Of a DNA stretch of 64,000 bases, positions 18,494 to 28,279 are shown one piece after another (the stretch's first letter is position 1; each line of letters opens with the position of its first letter). The DNA lies in sequence record MN342150. One strand, written 5' to 3'. The translations under genes and the position numbers were made by a program. This DNA is from Escherichia phage vB_EcoM_3HA11. A model generated the notes under the pieces. That model made no database searches, had not been told where the DNA came from, and was given only the letters and a program-made list of their open reading frames with translations.

Positions 18494-19126
18494 TCATCCT
18501 TCCACCTTCAGTCCCATCAGGTCTTCCATGGTTTTCTGAATGCGTAACCAATCAAGCGCCGCATCATAACGAGGATCATGATAGACCATACCTTCCAGTT
18601 CCCACGCCTTGATACCAGCATATCGATCTTGCTGCCCAACACCCTTCAGCCAGCTTACGATGTCAAATGTGTGGTGATAGTCCCAAGGTTCGTTGGAATC
18701 TTGCTTACACGTCACCTCAATGATGTGCTGAGCCTTGCGTAGGTCAAACAGATTCCTATCACACCAGTCAACCGAGCGTGGGTCGATCCCAAGGCGATGG
18801 CACCCCTTGCGAATTTCATCGGCCAATTCGAAAATAGAAATATCCTTGTCGGTCGGATATAGACTGATAGCTCGGGCGGCGTCGCACGGGTTGCGTTTAC
18901 CTGTACCCAGCCACCATTCCACAGTACCCTGGTCTTTCACACGGCCAAGTTCAATCTGTTCTTTGACATTCAGTTTGATAAATGTCGTGCGCTCTTCAAC
19001 AAGCTGCTGAAGAGTATAACGCTTTGTCAGGTCGGCGATAGTCTGTGCCCAAGACAACATGACAGCATCATCCCAACGACCGAGAGTTTCGCTATCAGCG
19101 ACGGCCAAGAAATTAGATTTATACAT
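18494..19126 (-). CDS. DEDD-type 3'-5' exonuclease-like protein (possible DexA analogue)
   Basis: 210 aa; Exo I-like FLAVADSETLG, Exo II-like RNLFDL, Exo III-like YHHTFD; motif-level only. Confidence 0.4.
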   Translation of the reverse strand: MYKSNFLAVADSETLGRWDDAVMLSWAQTIADLTKRYTLQQLVEERTTFIKLNVKEQIELGRVKDQGTVEWWLGTGKRNPCDAARAISLYPTDKDISIFELADEIRKGCHRLGIDPRSVDWCDRNLFDLRKAQHIIEVTCKQDSNEPWDYHHTFDIVSWLKGVGQQDRYAGIKAWELEGMVYHDPRYDAALDWLRIQKTMEDLMGLKVEG

Positions 19127-19463
19127 CAGTTTCCCCTGCTTTCTCTAAAAGGAGTTTCAAAGGATATGTCCCACAAGCGGTGGCATACTCGACTTTGAAA
19201 TATGAATTATCGTTCATGGCGAAATTTCGATGTGGGAAATATTCCCCGTCATCCAACCCGCCTAATCCCCCGCCGACGCGATATTGTTTCAACTCAACTT
19301 CGCCGCCATAACGGAGTTGGGCATATAGGCCGATAGGAGCGCGAACGTAATTCTCCAGCCATACCCAATTTCCATCGTGTAAACGTGTAGGGATAAATGC
19401 AAAACGCACCTTGGGATGAAGAACGGCTTTGGCGAGCATCTCTTCTGTTATTTCACGTTTCAT
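19119..19463 (-). CDS. hypothetical protein (114 aa)
   Basis: ORF overlapping neighbours by 4-8 nt. Confidence 0.4.
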   Translation of the reverse strand: MKREITEEMLAKAVLHPKVRFAFIPTRLHDGNWVWLENYVRAPIGLYAQLRYGGEVELKQYRVGGGLGGLDDGEYFPHRNFAMNDNSYFKVEYATACGTYPLKLLLEKAGETDV

Positions 19464-20080
19464 CCAATACCTTCCTCTTCGATAATATCTTCTTCACTAG
19501 CGACGACAGAGATTCCGTAGTCTACCATCTGGGAAAGTTCTTGTAAATCTTGTTCAAACCCGTCACCCTGTCGGATATAAAAGACGGGTACGACACGACG
19601 CCTGGTATCTTCGAAGATAGTCTCCGCGATTTTATTAATCTGGCTCACTACATGAAACAGTTTCAAACCACCGATACCACAGCCGATGGCGGGTAAACCG
19701 ACATAGACTGTTTCGTCGGTTTTTGCCTCAATGATATCGTGAACTTGTTCAAACATAATCTGAACTGAACTGATAATGGAAGGCATGCGTGCGTTAGGAC
19801 CAGGATAGAACTGAGTGTACAAATTGAATCCCCAGACACCCGTGTCATGATCAAACGCATAGGACATGTTCCCCAAACGTTGTTCCGGACCACGTTCATC
19901 TAATTGGTCGGCTCGGTAAATTTCTGGGAAATCCAATCGAACATGGTTGGCGATACCTGCGCCCATCACAGACCAACAATTTGCGCCATGAGCAAAGGCA
20001 TTGATGAGATTGAAACTCGTGGCAGCTTTCAGTAAATCGCCGTTTGTGATAACATATGTGGTCATGCGTAACGTCTCCAT
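19460..20080 (-). CDS. macro domain protein (ADP-ribose binding/hydrolase-like)
   Basis: 206 aa; LINAFAHGANCWSVMGAGIANHV and VGLPAIGCGIGGL match the macro-domain NAAN...GGG and distal glycine-rich motifs. Confidence 0.6.
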   Translation of the reverse strand: METLRMTTYVITNGDLLKAATSFNLINAFAHGANCWSVMGAGIANHVRLDFPEIYRADQLDERGPEQRLGNMSYAFDHDTGVWGFNLYTQFYPGPNARMPSIISSVQIMFEQVHDIIEAKTDETVYVGLPAIGCGIGGLKLFHVVSQINKIAETIFEDTRRRVVPVFYIRQGDGFEQDLQELSQMVDYGISVVASEEDIIEEEGIG

Positions 20081-20298
20081 TGTATAATTTCGTTGTTGAC
20101 ACAGCTAACCTGGATGATACACATATTCTGGCGATGGTCAGTGAGTGTCATAATAAAACTGTCTGGTTGTGACATGACACGATTAACAGATATCCCGCGC
20201 GACATCAAACGAACACAGATTTCTTGATACAAACGTTGCATGTATCCTGAAACAGAAGCCGATTCATACACACGTTCAAATTCATATAAGTCGTTCAT
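20062..20298 (-). CDS. hypothetical protein (78 aa)
   Basis: ORF in operon. Confidence 0.35.
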   Translation of the reverse strand: MNDLYEFERVYESASVSGYMQRLYQEICVRLMSRGISVNRVMSQPDSFIMTLTDHRQNMCIIQVSCVNNEIIQWRRYA

Positions 20299-20519
20299 TT
20301 GTTCAGACCATTAATAGCATTTTCAGAGATGTATTCGACAAATTGATTGTCAGCCGCCATTTTTAAAAGTTCAAATAATTCCGTTCCGACGGTACTCCCG
20401 AACATTCCTTCCAATACGCCTTGGACATCTTCATCTATTTCTTCGATGATGAGTCCATAAGATTTCAGGCGGCGCGAAATAGCACGGAACTGGGCGATAT
20501 CACCAATTTCATTTGCCAT
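20295..20519 (-). CDS. hypothetical acidic protein (74 aa)
   Basis: ORF in operon. Confidence 0.35.
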   Translation of the reverse strand: MANEIGDIAQFRAISRRLKSYGLIIEEIDEDVQGVLEGMFGSTVGTELFELLKMAADNQFVEYISENAINGLNK

Positions 20520-20567
20520 GTTATTGTCTCATTATGGGATTAGGCGGCAATTATACCGCCAATTTAT

Positions 20568-20981
20568 TCAATAGAGGTCTTCGGAAAAGAGTTCACGGAA
20601 AGGAGTGTTCTTCAAACGAACTTGATTAGTTTGTCCGGCTTCACGGGCGACCACAGCGGCCTCTTCACGGGACATCCATTGCCCATAGTTATCAATAAAA
20701 CCTTGTTCACGAGTGTGAGTGGTTTCGATAATACCTGCTTCTTTCAATCGTTTGAGTTGCGCGTTCATCAATTTGTCGTGATGTCGAGCGCTTACAACGA
20801 TCACATCACCATATTTGTTGGCAGCAGCCACAACACGCCGATCAAACTTGGTTGGGTCAGGTATATCACGAGCATACAAGGCGATGTGAGTGTCGTCCAC
20901 GTCCCCTTTCACTTCAGAGTATAACTGACACCCATTAGGAGATCCAGTAGGTAAAGAACGAAAATATCCAAGTAATTTCAT
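20568..20981 (-). CDS. hypothetical protein (137 aa)
   Basis: ORF; no motif. Confidence 0.4.
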   Translation of the reverse strand: MKLLGYFRSLPTGSPNGCQLYSEVKGDVDDTHIALYARDIPDPTKFDRRVVAAANKYGDVIVVSARHHDKLMNAQLKRLKEAGIIETTHTREQGFIDNYGQWMSREEAAVVAREAGQTNQVRLKNTPFRELFSEDLY

Positions 20982-20984
20982 AAT

Positions 20985-21296
20985 CTAATCTATCCATATT
21001 TCAGGTTCAGGAATATCGACCATCTCCACGGTTTGATTCTTTAATTCGTGGAAACAATCTCCAAGGAATTGTAATTTACCATCTGTCAAAAATAAATGGC
21101 AACGGCTATTTGGATCAGAATGATTCACCAACAGACTAGGAGTGAAAGTCGGTGATTCGAGATCGTGATTCCATTGCCATATTGGGCCAGGCATTTGCCC
21201 TGAAATGCGATAAGGATGAAGCATATTACAACCAGGACAATGAAAATATATGGAACCACCCATTGACAATAATTTTGAAGTCAGCAACTTTGACAT
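20985..21296 (-). CDS. small zinc-finger-like protein (about 103 aa)
   Basis: Start moved to Met 1 nt after the upstream stop; HCPGC...CH...C..H pattern. Confidence 0.4.
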   Translation of the reverse strand: MSKLLTSKLLSMGGSIYFHCPGCNMLHPYRISGQMPGPIWQWNHDLESPTFTPSLLVNHSDPNSRCHLFLTDGKLQFLGDCFHELKNQTVEMVDIPEPEIWID

Positions 21297-21297
21297 A

Positions 21298-21609
21298 TTA
21301 CGCCTCCACTTCTTCATCAGGAAAATAAGGGCGTAAATCCCCAATTAATTTAGGGAAGAGGGCAAACCCGAACAGATTAAAAGAACGCATGGTCCCAACC
21401 ATACCAACATCATCCAATTCGGTAACGTCAGAAAGGGCACACAACGGTATCCACACGTCTTCTTGTCCTTCGTAATTTACGAAGGCAACTTCCTCTTTGA
21501 TGAATCGAGGACACAGAATATCAAACAGCCAATAGACGTATGCCAGCAATGAGAGACTGCGGAAATATACAAACATGGTGAACCCCTCACAGGTTTGGAG
21601 GGAATTCAC
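21298..21609 (-). CDS. hypothetical protein (103 aa)
   Basis: ORF following the topoisomerase genes. Confidence 0.4.
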   Translation of the reverse strand: MNSLQTCEGFTMFVYFRSLSLLAYVYWLFDILCPRFIKEEVAFVNYEGQEDVWIPLCALSDVTELDDVGMVGTMRSFNLFGFALFPKLIGDLRPYFPDEEVEA

Positions 21610-21618
21610 CCTCCAGAT

Positions 21619-22950
21619 TTATAGGCTTAATACCTTTTCAAGATCATCTAAATCATCATTGTAGAGATCAATGTCTTGTTTGTTATTTAATTCTTCTCTT
21701 TGTTCTTCCAGATTCTTTATCTGATTCAACAATCGTTCACGTGCGTCTAACGTGATTGATGATAAAGACATCTTGAATAATTCATCAAGATCACCATCAA
21801 AATCCGGATAATCCGTTTGAAACAACGCTTTCAGTTCTGTAATGCTGCGACGCATATCCGTAACCACAGCCCAACTGATGAATAATGCACGGTTGTTCAG
21901 GCGATGAATTTTATCAGTCATCTCCTTTAACAGGTATTGACGACGGTCTTCATAACGGATCAAACGATAGTTGAAGAAGGAAAGCAGCATCTCCTTCCAC
22001 CCAGAATAACGTCGGATGACACCATCTTCATCCCATGCCGTCCAGACGGGTTTGTTCGCAGAGTACAGTTTGAACATCTGCTCGATTTGTGCATCATCCA
22101 GCTTAGACAATTCACCACGTTTGAACACGACAGTAATGTCCCAGCCGTCTTCGGTCGTGTCATTGGCGTATTCAGTGAGCAAACCCGCCTTATACAACGG
22201 CAACAGAACTTTGGTCTCATACGATTTAGCGAACCAACCAATTGGGACCTCGGTGATGTGAAGGGTTGTAGCATTGATGCGTTTGAAGATGCCGCGACTG
22301 TATGCTCTTCCTTCCTCAGTATAGCCTGTCTCTCCTTTATATCCATTCCAGTACGGTTTTAAGTCCGTAGGGTCTTCGCCACGGAGAAGTGCTCTCAGAG
22401 CGCCGAGGACTGATTTAACGCAATGGCATGGGGTGTCCGTTGAGTACCCAGATCCGATACCATTAATTCCGTTCACCAAGAACATGGGAATAACAGGCAA
22501 AAAGAACTTTGGTTCCAATTGTTCTTCACCCAAGTAGTTGTAATCCAAAATCCCCTCATCTTCCTTACGGAATATTTTACGGATAACATCGGATACAGAA
22601 ACAGAGATGTAACGAGCAGACGATGCATCACGTCCCATGATAGAACCAAATTGACCATCACGGTCAAAGTATGGAATATTGTTCGTACCAGGAAACGCCT
22701 GAGCCATGTTCACAATCGTATTGCCCATGTTCTCACCACCGGACTTGTAGTTGGTACGAGCGGCGGCGAACATACCCAGACGATCAACAATCTCTTCCTT
22801 GCCATATTCTAATGCAGTGAAAAGAATTTTGCGCTGACTTGGTTTCAAACTGTCAATCAACTGAGGTATTTGACGGATGCTGTTGAACACAGAAAATGCC
22901 TTGTGATCATTATTGACATAATCCGTGACATTGATACTTTGAGCGACCAT
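21619..22950 (-). CDS. 52: DNA topoisomerase II medium subunit (T4 gp52 homolog, GyrA-like)
   Basis: Start moved to Met 1 nt downstream of the large-subunit stop; KPSQRKILF...GNFGS segments collinear with remembered gp52 (KPVQRFVI...GNFGSR). Confidence 0.8.
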   Translation of the reverse strand: MVAQSINVTDYVNNDHKAFSVFNSIRQIPQLIDSLKPSQRKILFTALEYGKEEIVDRLGMFAAARTNYKSGGENMGNTIVNMAQAFPGTNNIPYFDRDGQFGSIMGRDASSARYISVSVSDVIRKIFRKEDEGILDYNYLGEEQLEPKFFLPVIPMFLVNGINGIGSGYSTDTPCHCVKSVLGALRALLRGEDPTDLKPYWNGYKGETGYTEEGRAYSRGIFKRINATTLHITEVPIGWFAKSYETKVLLPLYKAGLLTEYANDTTEDGWDITVVFKRGELSKLDDAQIEQMFKLYSANKPVWTAWDEDGVIRRYSGWKEMLLSFFNYRLIRYEDRRQYLLKEMTDKIHRLNNRALFISWAVVTDMRRSITELKALFQTDYPDFDGDLDELFKMSLSSITLDARERLLNQIKNLEEQREELNNKQDIDLYNDDLDDLEKVLSL

Positions 22951-22951
22951 C

Positions 22952-24862
22952 TTATTCTCCCTCTGTTTCAAACAAACAAACATCACTAAACCAGGTTTTG
23001 CGGTAATCGGAGGCCTCATCACCGAAGCCGTTCTTCAGTGATTCTTTGTAGTTGTCATCCAACGTGACCGTCGTAGTATACGCATCCAGATTGTTTAGAA
23101 TACGTTTGAAGTCTTCAGTGCTGTTACCACCAAGACCTTTCAGATATTTCTTCTTCGTAATCTTCTTGGCGTCAGGGGTTTTTAAAAATTCTTCATATTC
23201 CGTATTGCTCATAAACTCATACATCGTTTTACCACACCAAATACGCATGTATGGTGTGCGCAGGAGTTTCAGCCTACCCTGACGGACGTACTCCGGCCAA
23301 TATGTGCAATACAGGGTAATCAACAAACCACGGATGTGAATGCCATCATCGTCCGCATCGGTGGCTACAACAGTCTGTGGATAGCGGGTGATATCAATCG
23401 GCTGACCTGGGACTGCGCCTCCATGAATCGTGCAAAGATTCTTGAACTCCTCATTATTCATTACCTTTGATCGCGGATTGTTTAAACAATTGATGAATTT
23501 ACCACGCAAAGGGAATAATCCGATCTTTTTAGTATCACGGGCGTTCAGGATAGGATTGGACGCGCTGTCACCTTCAGTCAATAACAGAGAGCACCCACTG
23601 CGATCACCACGGGCGGTCGCCGGATAATACTTCTCTATCTCACGATAATCCCGTTTGCTAATATCCTTCTTGGCCTTTTCAAATTCAGCATCATCTTGGT
23701 CGTTACGCAAGGCGGCCAATTCTTTGCTCAGGCCAGCTGTGACAAACTCCAGAGCCTTCCGGATTAGTTTATCGCTGGGTTTATAGGTCGTACCAAACTG
23801 ACTAACAGGAGTCGTCATGCGCTCCTTGGTTTGGCTATCAAAGCGTGGATTGTTGATATCCGCCGAGATGAAAAGCATCATATGGTTTTTAATCATAGAA
23901 GGCTTCAGATCAGTCTTAAACTTTTTCACCAATTGTGGGCGAATCGCATTCACGATCTGGTCAGCAACGTAATCCACATGAGGACCACCGATATGGGTGG
24001 CAATGCTGTTCACATATGATGCATGAATAAACGCCCCCTGCGAAGGAGCAACAGCGACAGACCACTCCTCTGTTTCATCAACAGAAGAACCTTGGCAAAA
24101 GTAATCCACAAAATGGCCAAAGCGGTCGATACGGATTTGTTTCCCGTTCAGAATGACTTTCAGGCGCGGGTTACAAGCAGCCACTTCAAATGCTCGGCGA
24201 TAGATCATCAACAAGTTATTTTGATCAAGACCTTTGACACCCAGACGCGCATAATCAGGTATCCATGCGATAGACGTCCCAGGGGCATTCAAATTACTGA
24301 TCACCGGATTAGAACGTTTGCTCAAATTGTCTTCAAATGTTTGAGTGTAAGACTTCTTCCCGTCATTTGTCGTGACACGGAACCATTTTGAAAATACGTT
24401 GACCAGTGAAGCCCCTTCACCGTTCTGACCACCTGATTTTTTGTTATTGTATTCTTCATCGTCGTCGTTGAAGTTGCTACCCGCATAGAGGGAGCCAAAT
24501 AACATTTCAGGGAGCCATTCTTTGGTCTCCCCGTGTTTAACAACCGGAATACCCCCATTGTCAGCCACGATGATCTGACCATTCATAGGAGAAACGGTAA
24601 TGGTGATTTCTGTGAGGCTTTTACCTTCTGGCGTTTTGCTATGATCTACAGAGTTGGTGATAATTTCATCAAACTGTTTAATCAATGCAGGAGAATATTC
24701 AAAATTATCCTTGAATATAACTTGATCTTTTATTGGATCATATATCCAAGTTGTTCCAACGGATGAACGGATACTGCCCAGATGACGCTCTGGGCGAAGA
24801 AGGATATGCTCTATGTGAGTGAGCTTTTTGTATTTTCGTTCAATATCAATCATATTAGACAT
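22952..24862 (-). CDS. 39: DNA topoisomerase II large subunit (gp39 plus gp60 equivalent in one ORF, GyrB-like)
   Basis: 636 aa; GHKL ATPase N-terminus, RFDSQTKER, TOPRIM LLLTEGDSA; continuous ORF covering the region split into genes 39 and 60 in T4. Confidence 0.85.
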   Translation of the reverse strand: MSNMIDIERKYKKLTHIEHILLRPERHLGSIRSSVGTTWIYDPIKDQVIFKDNFEYSPALIKQFDEIITNSVDHSKTPEGKSLTEITITVSPMNGQIIVADNGGIPVVKHGETKEWLPEMLFGSLYAGSNFNDDDEEYNNKKSGGQNGEGASLVNVFSKWFRVTTNDGKKSYTQTFEDNLSKRSNPVISNLNAPGTSIAWIPDYARLGVKGLDQNNLLMIYRRAFEVAACNPRLKVILNGKQIRIDRFGHFVDYFCQGSSVDETEEWSVAVAPSQGAFIHASYVNSIATHIGGPHVDYVADQIVNAIRPQLVKKFKTDLKPSMIKNHMMLFISADINNPRFDSQTKERMTTPVSQFGTTYKPSDKLIRKALEFVTAGLSKELAALRNDQDDAEFEKAKKDISKRDYREIEKYYPATARGDRSGCSLLLTEGDSASNPILNARDTKKIGLFPLRGKFINCLNNPRSKVMNNEEFKNLCTIHGGAVPGQPIDITRYPQTVVATDADDDGIHIRGLLITLYCTYWPEYVRQGRLKLLRTPYMRIWCGKTMYEFMSNTEYEEFLKTPDAKKITKKKYLKGLGGNSTEDFKRILNNLDAYTTTVTLDDNYKESLKNGFGDEASDYRKTWFSDVCLFETEGE

Positions 24863-24909
24863 CGGCCTATCCCGTCAATGGTAAACACAAGATTATGTAT
24901 GGGGTCGGC

Positions 24910-25488
24910 TTATAGACCAAATTTACCGCGCCATTTCTGTACTTTGTGTTCAATGGCATGCTCAACTTTGACTATGGTGCTTTTTAGATTATGGTTGTGA
25001 TCACAAGCCAGTTTGGCAGTGTGTCGGATGACACCATTTACCAAATCGGCCAGATTATCATCTGTTCTTTGTGGTTGGTTGAGTAATCTGGTAATGCGAC
25101 CTTTGTAGTGGTTGATCATCGCTAGTTGCTCGTCCAAACTATCAACCCCACCACAGAACCAATAATCTTCTAAGGTGTGTTGTGTGAGGTCACTTGTACA
25201 GTTGGCCCGAGACAGAGAGAACACGATCGAATCAAATATCTCGTCTTTGTTCATAGAGCCGTATTGTTGAATATGCTGATATTCACAAACATACAACAAG
25301 TCCAGTGCTGAAATAATAACGTCTGCCACTTCACCATTCAGAGGTTCTGAAGCAGAAATCTCATATAACACGTCAGACAATTCGCAAGTTTCTTCAACAA
25401 GTTTACAGAACACAAATACAGATGGGCGATTCGGTTCTTTCTGGCTGAGTTCATAAGATGTTTCTAAGATGCGACGAATAAATTTCAT
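24910..25488 (-). CDS. MazG-like all-alpha NTP pyrophosphohydrolase (putative)
   Basis: 192 aa; paired acidic helices CKLVEETCELSDVLYEI ... EVADVIISALDLLY consistent with the MazG/dUTPase-like EExxE motif. Confidence 0.4.
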   Translation of the reverse strand: MKFIRRILETSYELSQKEPNRPSVFVFCKLVEETCELSDVLYEISASEPLNGEVADVIISALDLLYVCEYQHIQQYGSMNKDEIFDSIVFSLSRANCTSDLTQHTLEDYWFCGGVDSLDEQLAMINHYKGRITRLLNQPQRTDDNLADLVNGVIRHTAKLACDHNHNLKSTIVKVEHAIEHKVQKWRGKFGL

Positions 25489-25985
25489 TTCAAATATCCT
25501 TCTAAGCGAAAGCGGTTGATATGTTGTATGATAAAGTCCATAGAGTTTTGAAAACTATATTTCCCCTGATGCTCATATGCATGAATAAGGGGAAGTCGGC
25601 TGTGAGCCAATTGGAATCGCAGTCTTGGTGGCATAGACAACAACTTGGCTGATGTCGCCGCGATAATACGAGAACGCAATATGGGGGAATCCGAATCAAC
25701 GAGAGGGATTTGCGTTTTACCCAAATCCAATCCATACTTCTTGGCTTCATAACCACTCAGATGCCGAAGAGCATCATCGCGATATTTTATCCAGTACCAA
25801 TAACCCTCGATAGAATCGAAGTGTCCGTCCAGGGTTTCAATCGGATGATGGGTAAAATGCGATAGGAATTTTCCCAGATCAGTCCGGCTTTGGCTGTATA
25901 TGTTGTAATGATTGACACCCTCAGTTATAGGCGTCATCGCTTTCTTTGAAACATTCAGTAATATAAGCATGATATAGAGTCTCAA
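25485..25985 (-). CDS. hypothetical protein (166 aa)
   Basis: 4-nt overlap with downstream gene. Confidence 0.4.
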   Translation of the reverse strand: MRLYIMLILLNVSKKAMTPITEGVNHYNIYSQSRTDLGKFLSHFTHHPIETLDGHFDSIEGYWYWIKYRDDALRHLSGYEAKKYGLDLGKTQIPLVDSDSPILRSRIIAATSAKLLSMPPRLRFQLAHSRLPLIHAYEHQGKYSFQNSMDFIIQHINRFRLEGYLK

Positions 25986-26249
25986 ATCAAAATTGCTGTG
26001 TGTAATCAGGTCAAATCTTTTTATATGCTTTCAGGGTACAGATAATAGAGACGCCGCCAAACAGAACGAGCAATATGAATCGTTCCATCCTGAAATCAGG
26101 AAGGGAAAGCAGTCCCACAAGGCTGTCTAAAGCAATCATGAACGTTACTCCAGTCAGCATGCCTAACTTAAAGGAGTTGGAACCTCTTTTGCAACGTAGC
26201 ATAAATCACCTCCGATTCAAATGGGGAGTTTCCTCCCCATACAAATTAT

Positions 26250-26753
26250 CTAGCCCAGAAACACTACTAAAGTCAAATTTGTAAAGCAGCTGCGATTATC
26301 TTTTAACATTTGATGGGCAGCGGAAAGGCGCTTAGCATCATGCAGAGTATCTGAAAACACGATGATATTGGCCTTGTCGATTTTGGTTCCCATAAAATTG
26401 GCCATGGTCGACGTTTTCTCTTTTCGATCAAATTTTTCATACTGCTCCCCTGTGGTTACATTTTTCGATTGAGTGAAAAACGTATCACGTTCACGAGCAG
26501 TGTGAAATACACCGAATACGTCGATTTCATTTTCAATTTGGAATTTTTCAGAAAGGAGTTTCTTTAACGCCGCAGTGTGACCAGTCTGGCGAAGCATTCG
26601 ATAGTAGAGCATGCTCCCACTGTCTGCGGGATCAAGGTCGTGACGAATCCGACGATCTTTTTGAATTTCATACACATCTAGAACCAATTGTTGTAGCATT
26701 TCAATATGCGCATTAAGGGATACTTCTACTTTTCGTTTAACTAAAGATTTCAT
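26250..26753 (-). CDS. hypothetical protein (167 aa)
   Basis: ORF; no motif. Confidence 0.4.
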   Translation of the reverse strand: MKSLVKRKVEVSLNAHIEMLQQLVLDVYEIQKDRRIRHDLDPADSGSMLYYRMLRQTGHTAALKKLLSEKFQIENEIDVFGVFHTARERDTFFTQSKNVTTGEQYEKFDRKEKTSTMANFMGTKIDKANIIVFSDTLHDAKRLSAAHQMLKDNRSCFTNLTLVVFLG

Positions 26754-26825
26754 TGTTGTAGCCTCGAATTTACGTTCCGCTCATGGGGAACATAAAAATT
26801 ATACCCTTAGACACAACAATGAAAA

Positions 26826-26841
26826 AGAGGCCGAAGCCTCT
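26826..26841 (-). terminator. rho-independent terminator
   Basis: Hairpin AGAGGC-cgaa-GCCTCT with T-run on the minus strand. Confidence 0.45.
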
Positions 26842-27063
26842 TTAATCGTCATATTTGCCTGTCCTGAAATTCCATTTCCTGGCCTTGGATAGGTCAAGAT
26901 CTTTGAATATATTACCGAAGATCTTTTTAAACCCTGACTCTTCTTCAAGATCTTTCGGTCTCTTGACAGGTTCTTGAACCATACCGCCTTCGGGTTTCCC
27001 CACATCAGCGGTAGTGGTGGCCGGAGCAGAAGAGTCTTCGAGGTAATCCTGGAAGCTCTTCAT
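26842..27063 (-). CDS. hypothetical small protein (73 aa)
   Basis: ORF followed by hairpin terminator at 26826-26841. Confidence 0.35.
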   Translation of the reverse strand: MKSFQDYLEDSSAPATTTADVGKPEGGMVQEPVKRPKDLEEESGFKKIFGNIFKDLDLSKARKWNFRTGKYDD

Positions 27064-27066
27064 AAA

Positions 27067-27888
27067 TTACACCACAGCCAGTTCACAACGGGCGGAAGTT
27101 ACAGAATGGCCGTCCGCGTCTTCTACAACACACCAGTACTCACCCTCAGAAGCAGCGGTGACAGCGTGGTTGACCAGAGACGCAGTCGCTGCTGTTGGGT
27201 TAACACCAGCATCAATCACCACACCTTCGCCGCCAGGGGTGTCAGAGTAATACCACACATAAGAGTACGGCGCGGTGCCGCCAGCAGCAACGATAGTGAA
27301 TGTCGCATCAGCGCCGTCGGCCACGTCCTGAGAAGCAGCCAGATCGGTTGTCAACGACAACAGTCCTGCGATGGTAATGACGGTAGAATCGGTGTGATTT
27401 CCTTCTACAGTAACACCATAAACTGTAACAGAACCAGACTGAAGCAGTTTGAATTTACCACCGCCGATATGGATCGCCTTCGCCAGGTCGCCAGAATACC
27501 AGTTCACTCCTTGATATGTTGCGTTCACAGGAGCAACAGTGGCCAGCAATTCAACGATTTGGCCTATTTCCCCGCTGGCAGTAGCCGGAGTAATGGTCAG
27601 ACCCGTGGTCAGAACAGCAGTCGGATCATGGATTTCATAAGAAACCTGGAAACCTACTGGCTTGGTCGGATCAACTTTGGTGACACCGTCCGCTTGCAGA
27701 TTGCTTTTGGTCAGCAATGCATCAAGACCTTTACATTCGGTCAGGATCTCATCAGGATCTTGATTTAGGCTGGTTTTTTGCCAACCCTTTGCAACACCCG
27801 TCACGACATGATTGCGTTCGGTTTCCGGTTTGTTGCGGACAACTTCCGGCGCGACTAATACTGTGATTGTTGGCATGGTTTCCTCCAC
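27067..27888 (-). CDS. Ig-like (Big_2-type) domain protein
   Basis: 273 aa; ATVAPVNATYQGVNWYSGDLAKA resembles Big_2 signature; C-terminal Y.C...G Ig-like motif; Thr/Ala/Val-rich beta sequence. Confidence 0.45.
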   Translation of the reverse strand: MEETMPTITVLVAPEVVRNKPETERNHVVTGVAKGWQKTSLNQDPDEILTECKGLDALLTKSNLQADGVTKVDPTKPVGFQVSYEIHDPTAVLTTGLTITPATASGEIGQIVELLATVAPVNATYQGVNWYSGDLAKAIHIGGGKFKLLQSGSVTVYGVTVEGNHTDSTVITIAGLLSLTTDLAASQDVADGADATFTIVAAGGTAPYSYVWYYSDTPGGEGVVIDAGVNPTAATASLVNHAVTAASEGEYWCVVEDADGHSVTSARCELAVV

Positions 27889-28247
27889 TCATCCAAATCG
27901 TTGTTCAGAGCCATCATCAGCTCGTTATCTGGTTCGTATGAACCGGAACATAAATCATCTCTCCAAACTCCTAACGTCAACAGTGCTGCCTTTAGACGAG
28001 GATGTTGGTTCTTATCCGTTTTCAACACCAGCATTCGACACACAGCTTCAGTTTCGAAAGTATTGAAAAGAATAATCAATTGATTGATAAGCACACGAGG
28101 ACTTTTCCCTGGCACAAATCTCTTCAATGATTGATTAATTAGCGAAATTCGCTGAATGTCTACCATCAAATCATCCCGTGAGACACCAGCAGTGATATAG
28201 TGTCTCAGGGCATATTCCATCAAATTGCTTTCGTCAACGATAGCCAT
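27855..28247 (-). CDS. hypothetical protein (130 aa)
   Basis: ORF overlapping downstream gene start. Confidence 0.4.
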   Translation of the reverse strand: MAIVDESNLMEYALRHYITAGVSRDDLMVDIQRISLINQSLKRFVPGKSPRVLINQLIILFNTFETEAVCRMLVLKTDKNQHPRLKAALLTLGVWRDDLCSGSYEPDNELMMALNNDLDEWRKPCQQSQY

Positions 28248-28279
28248 ATTGAATTATAATCAGCAGTTATACACTGGGA

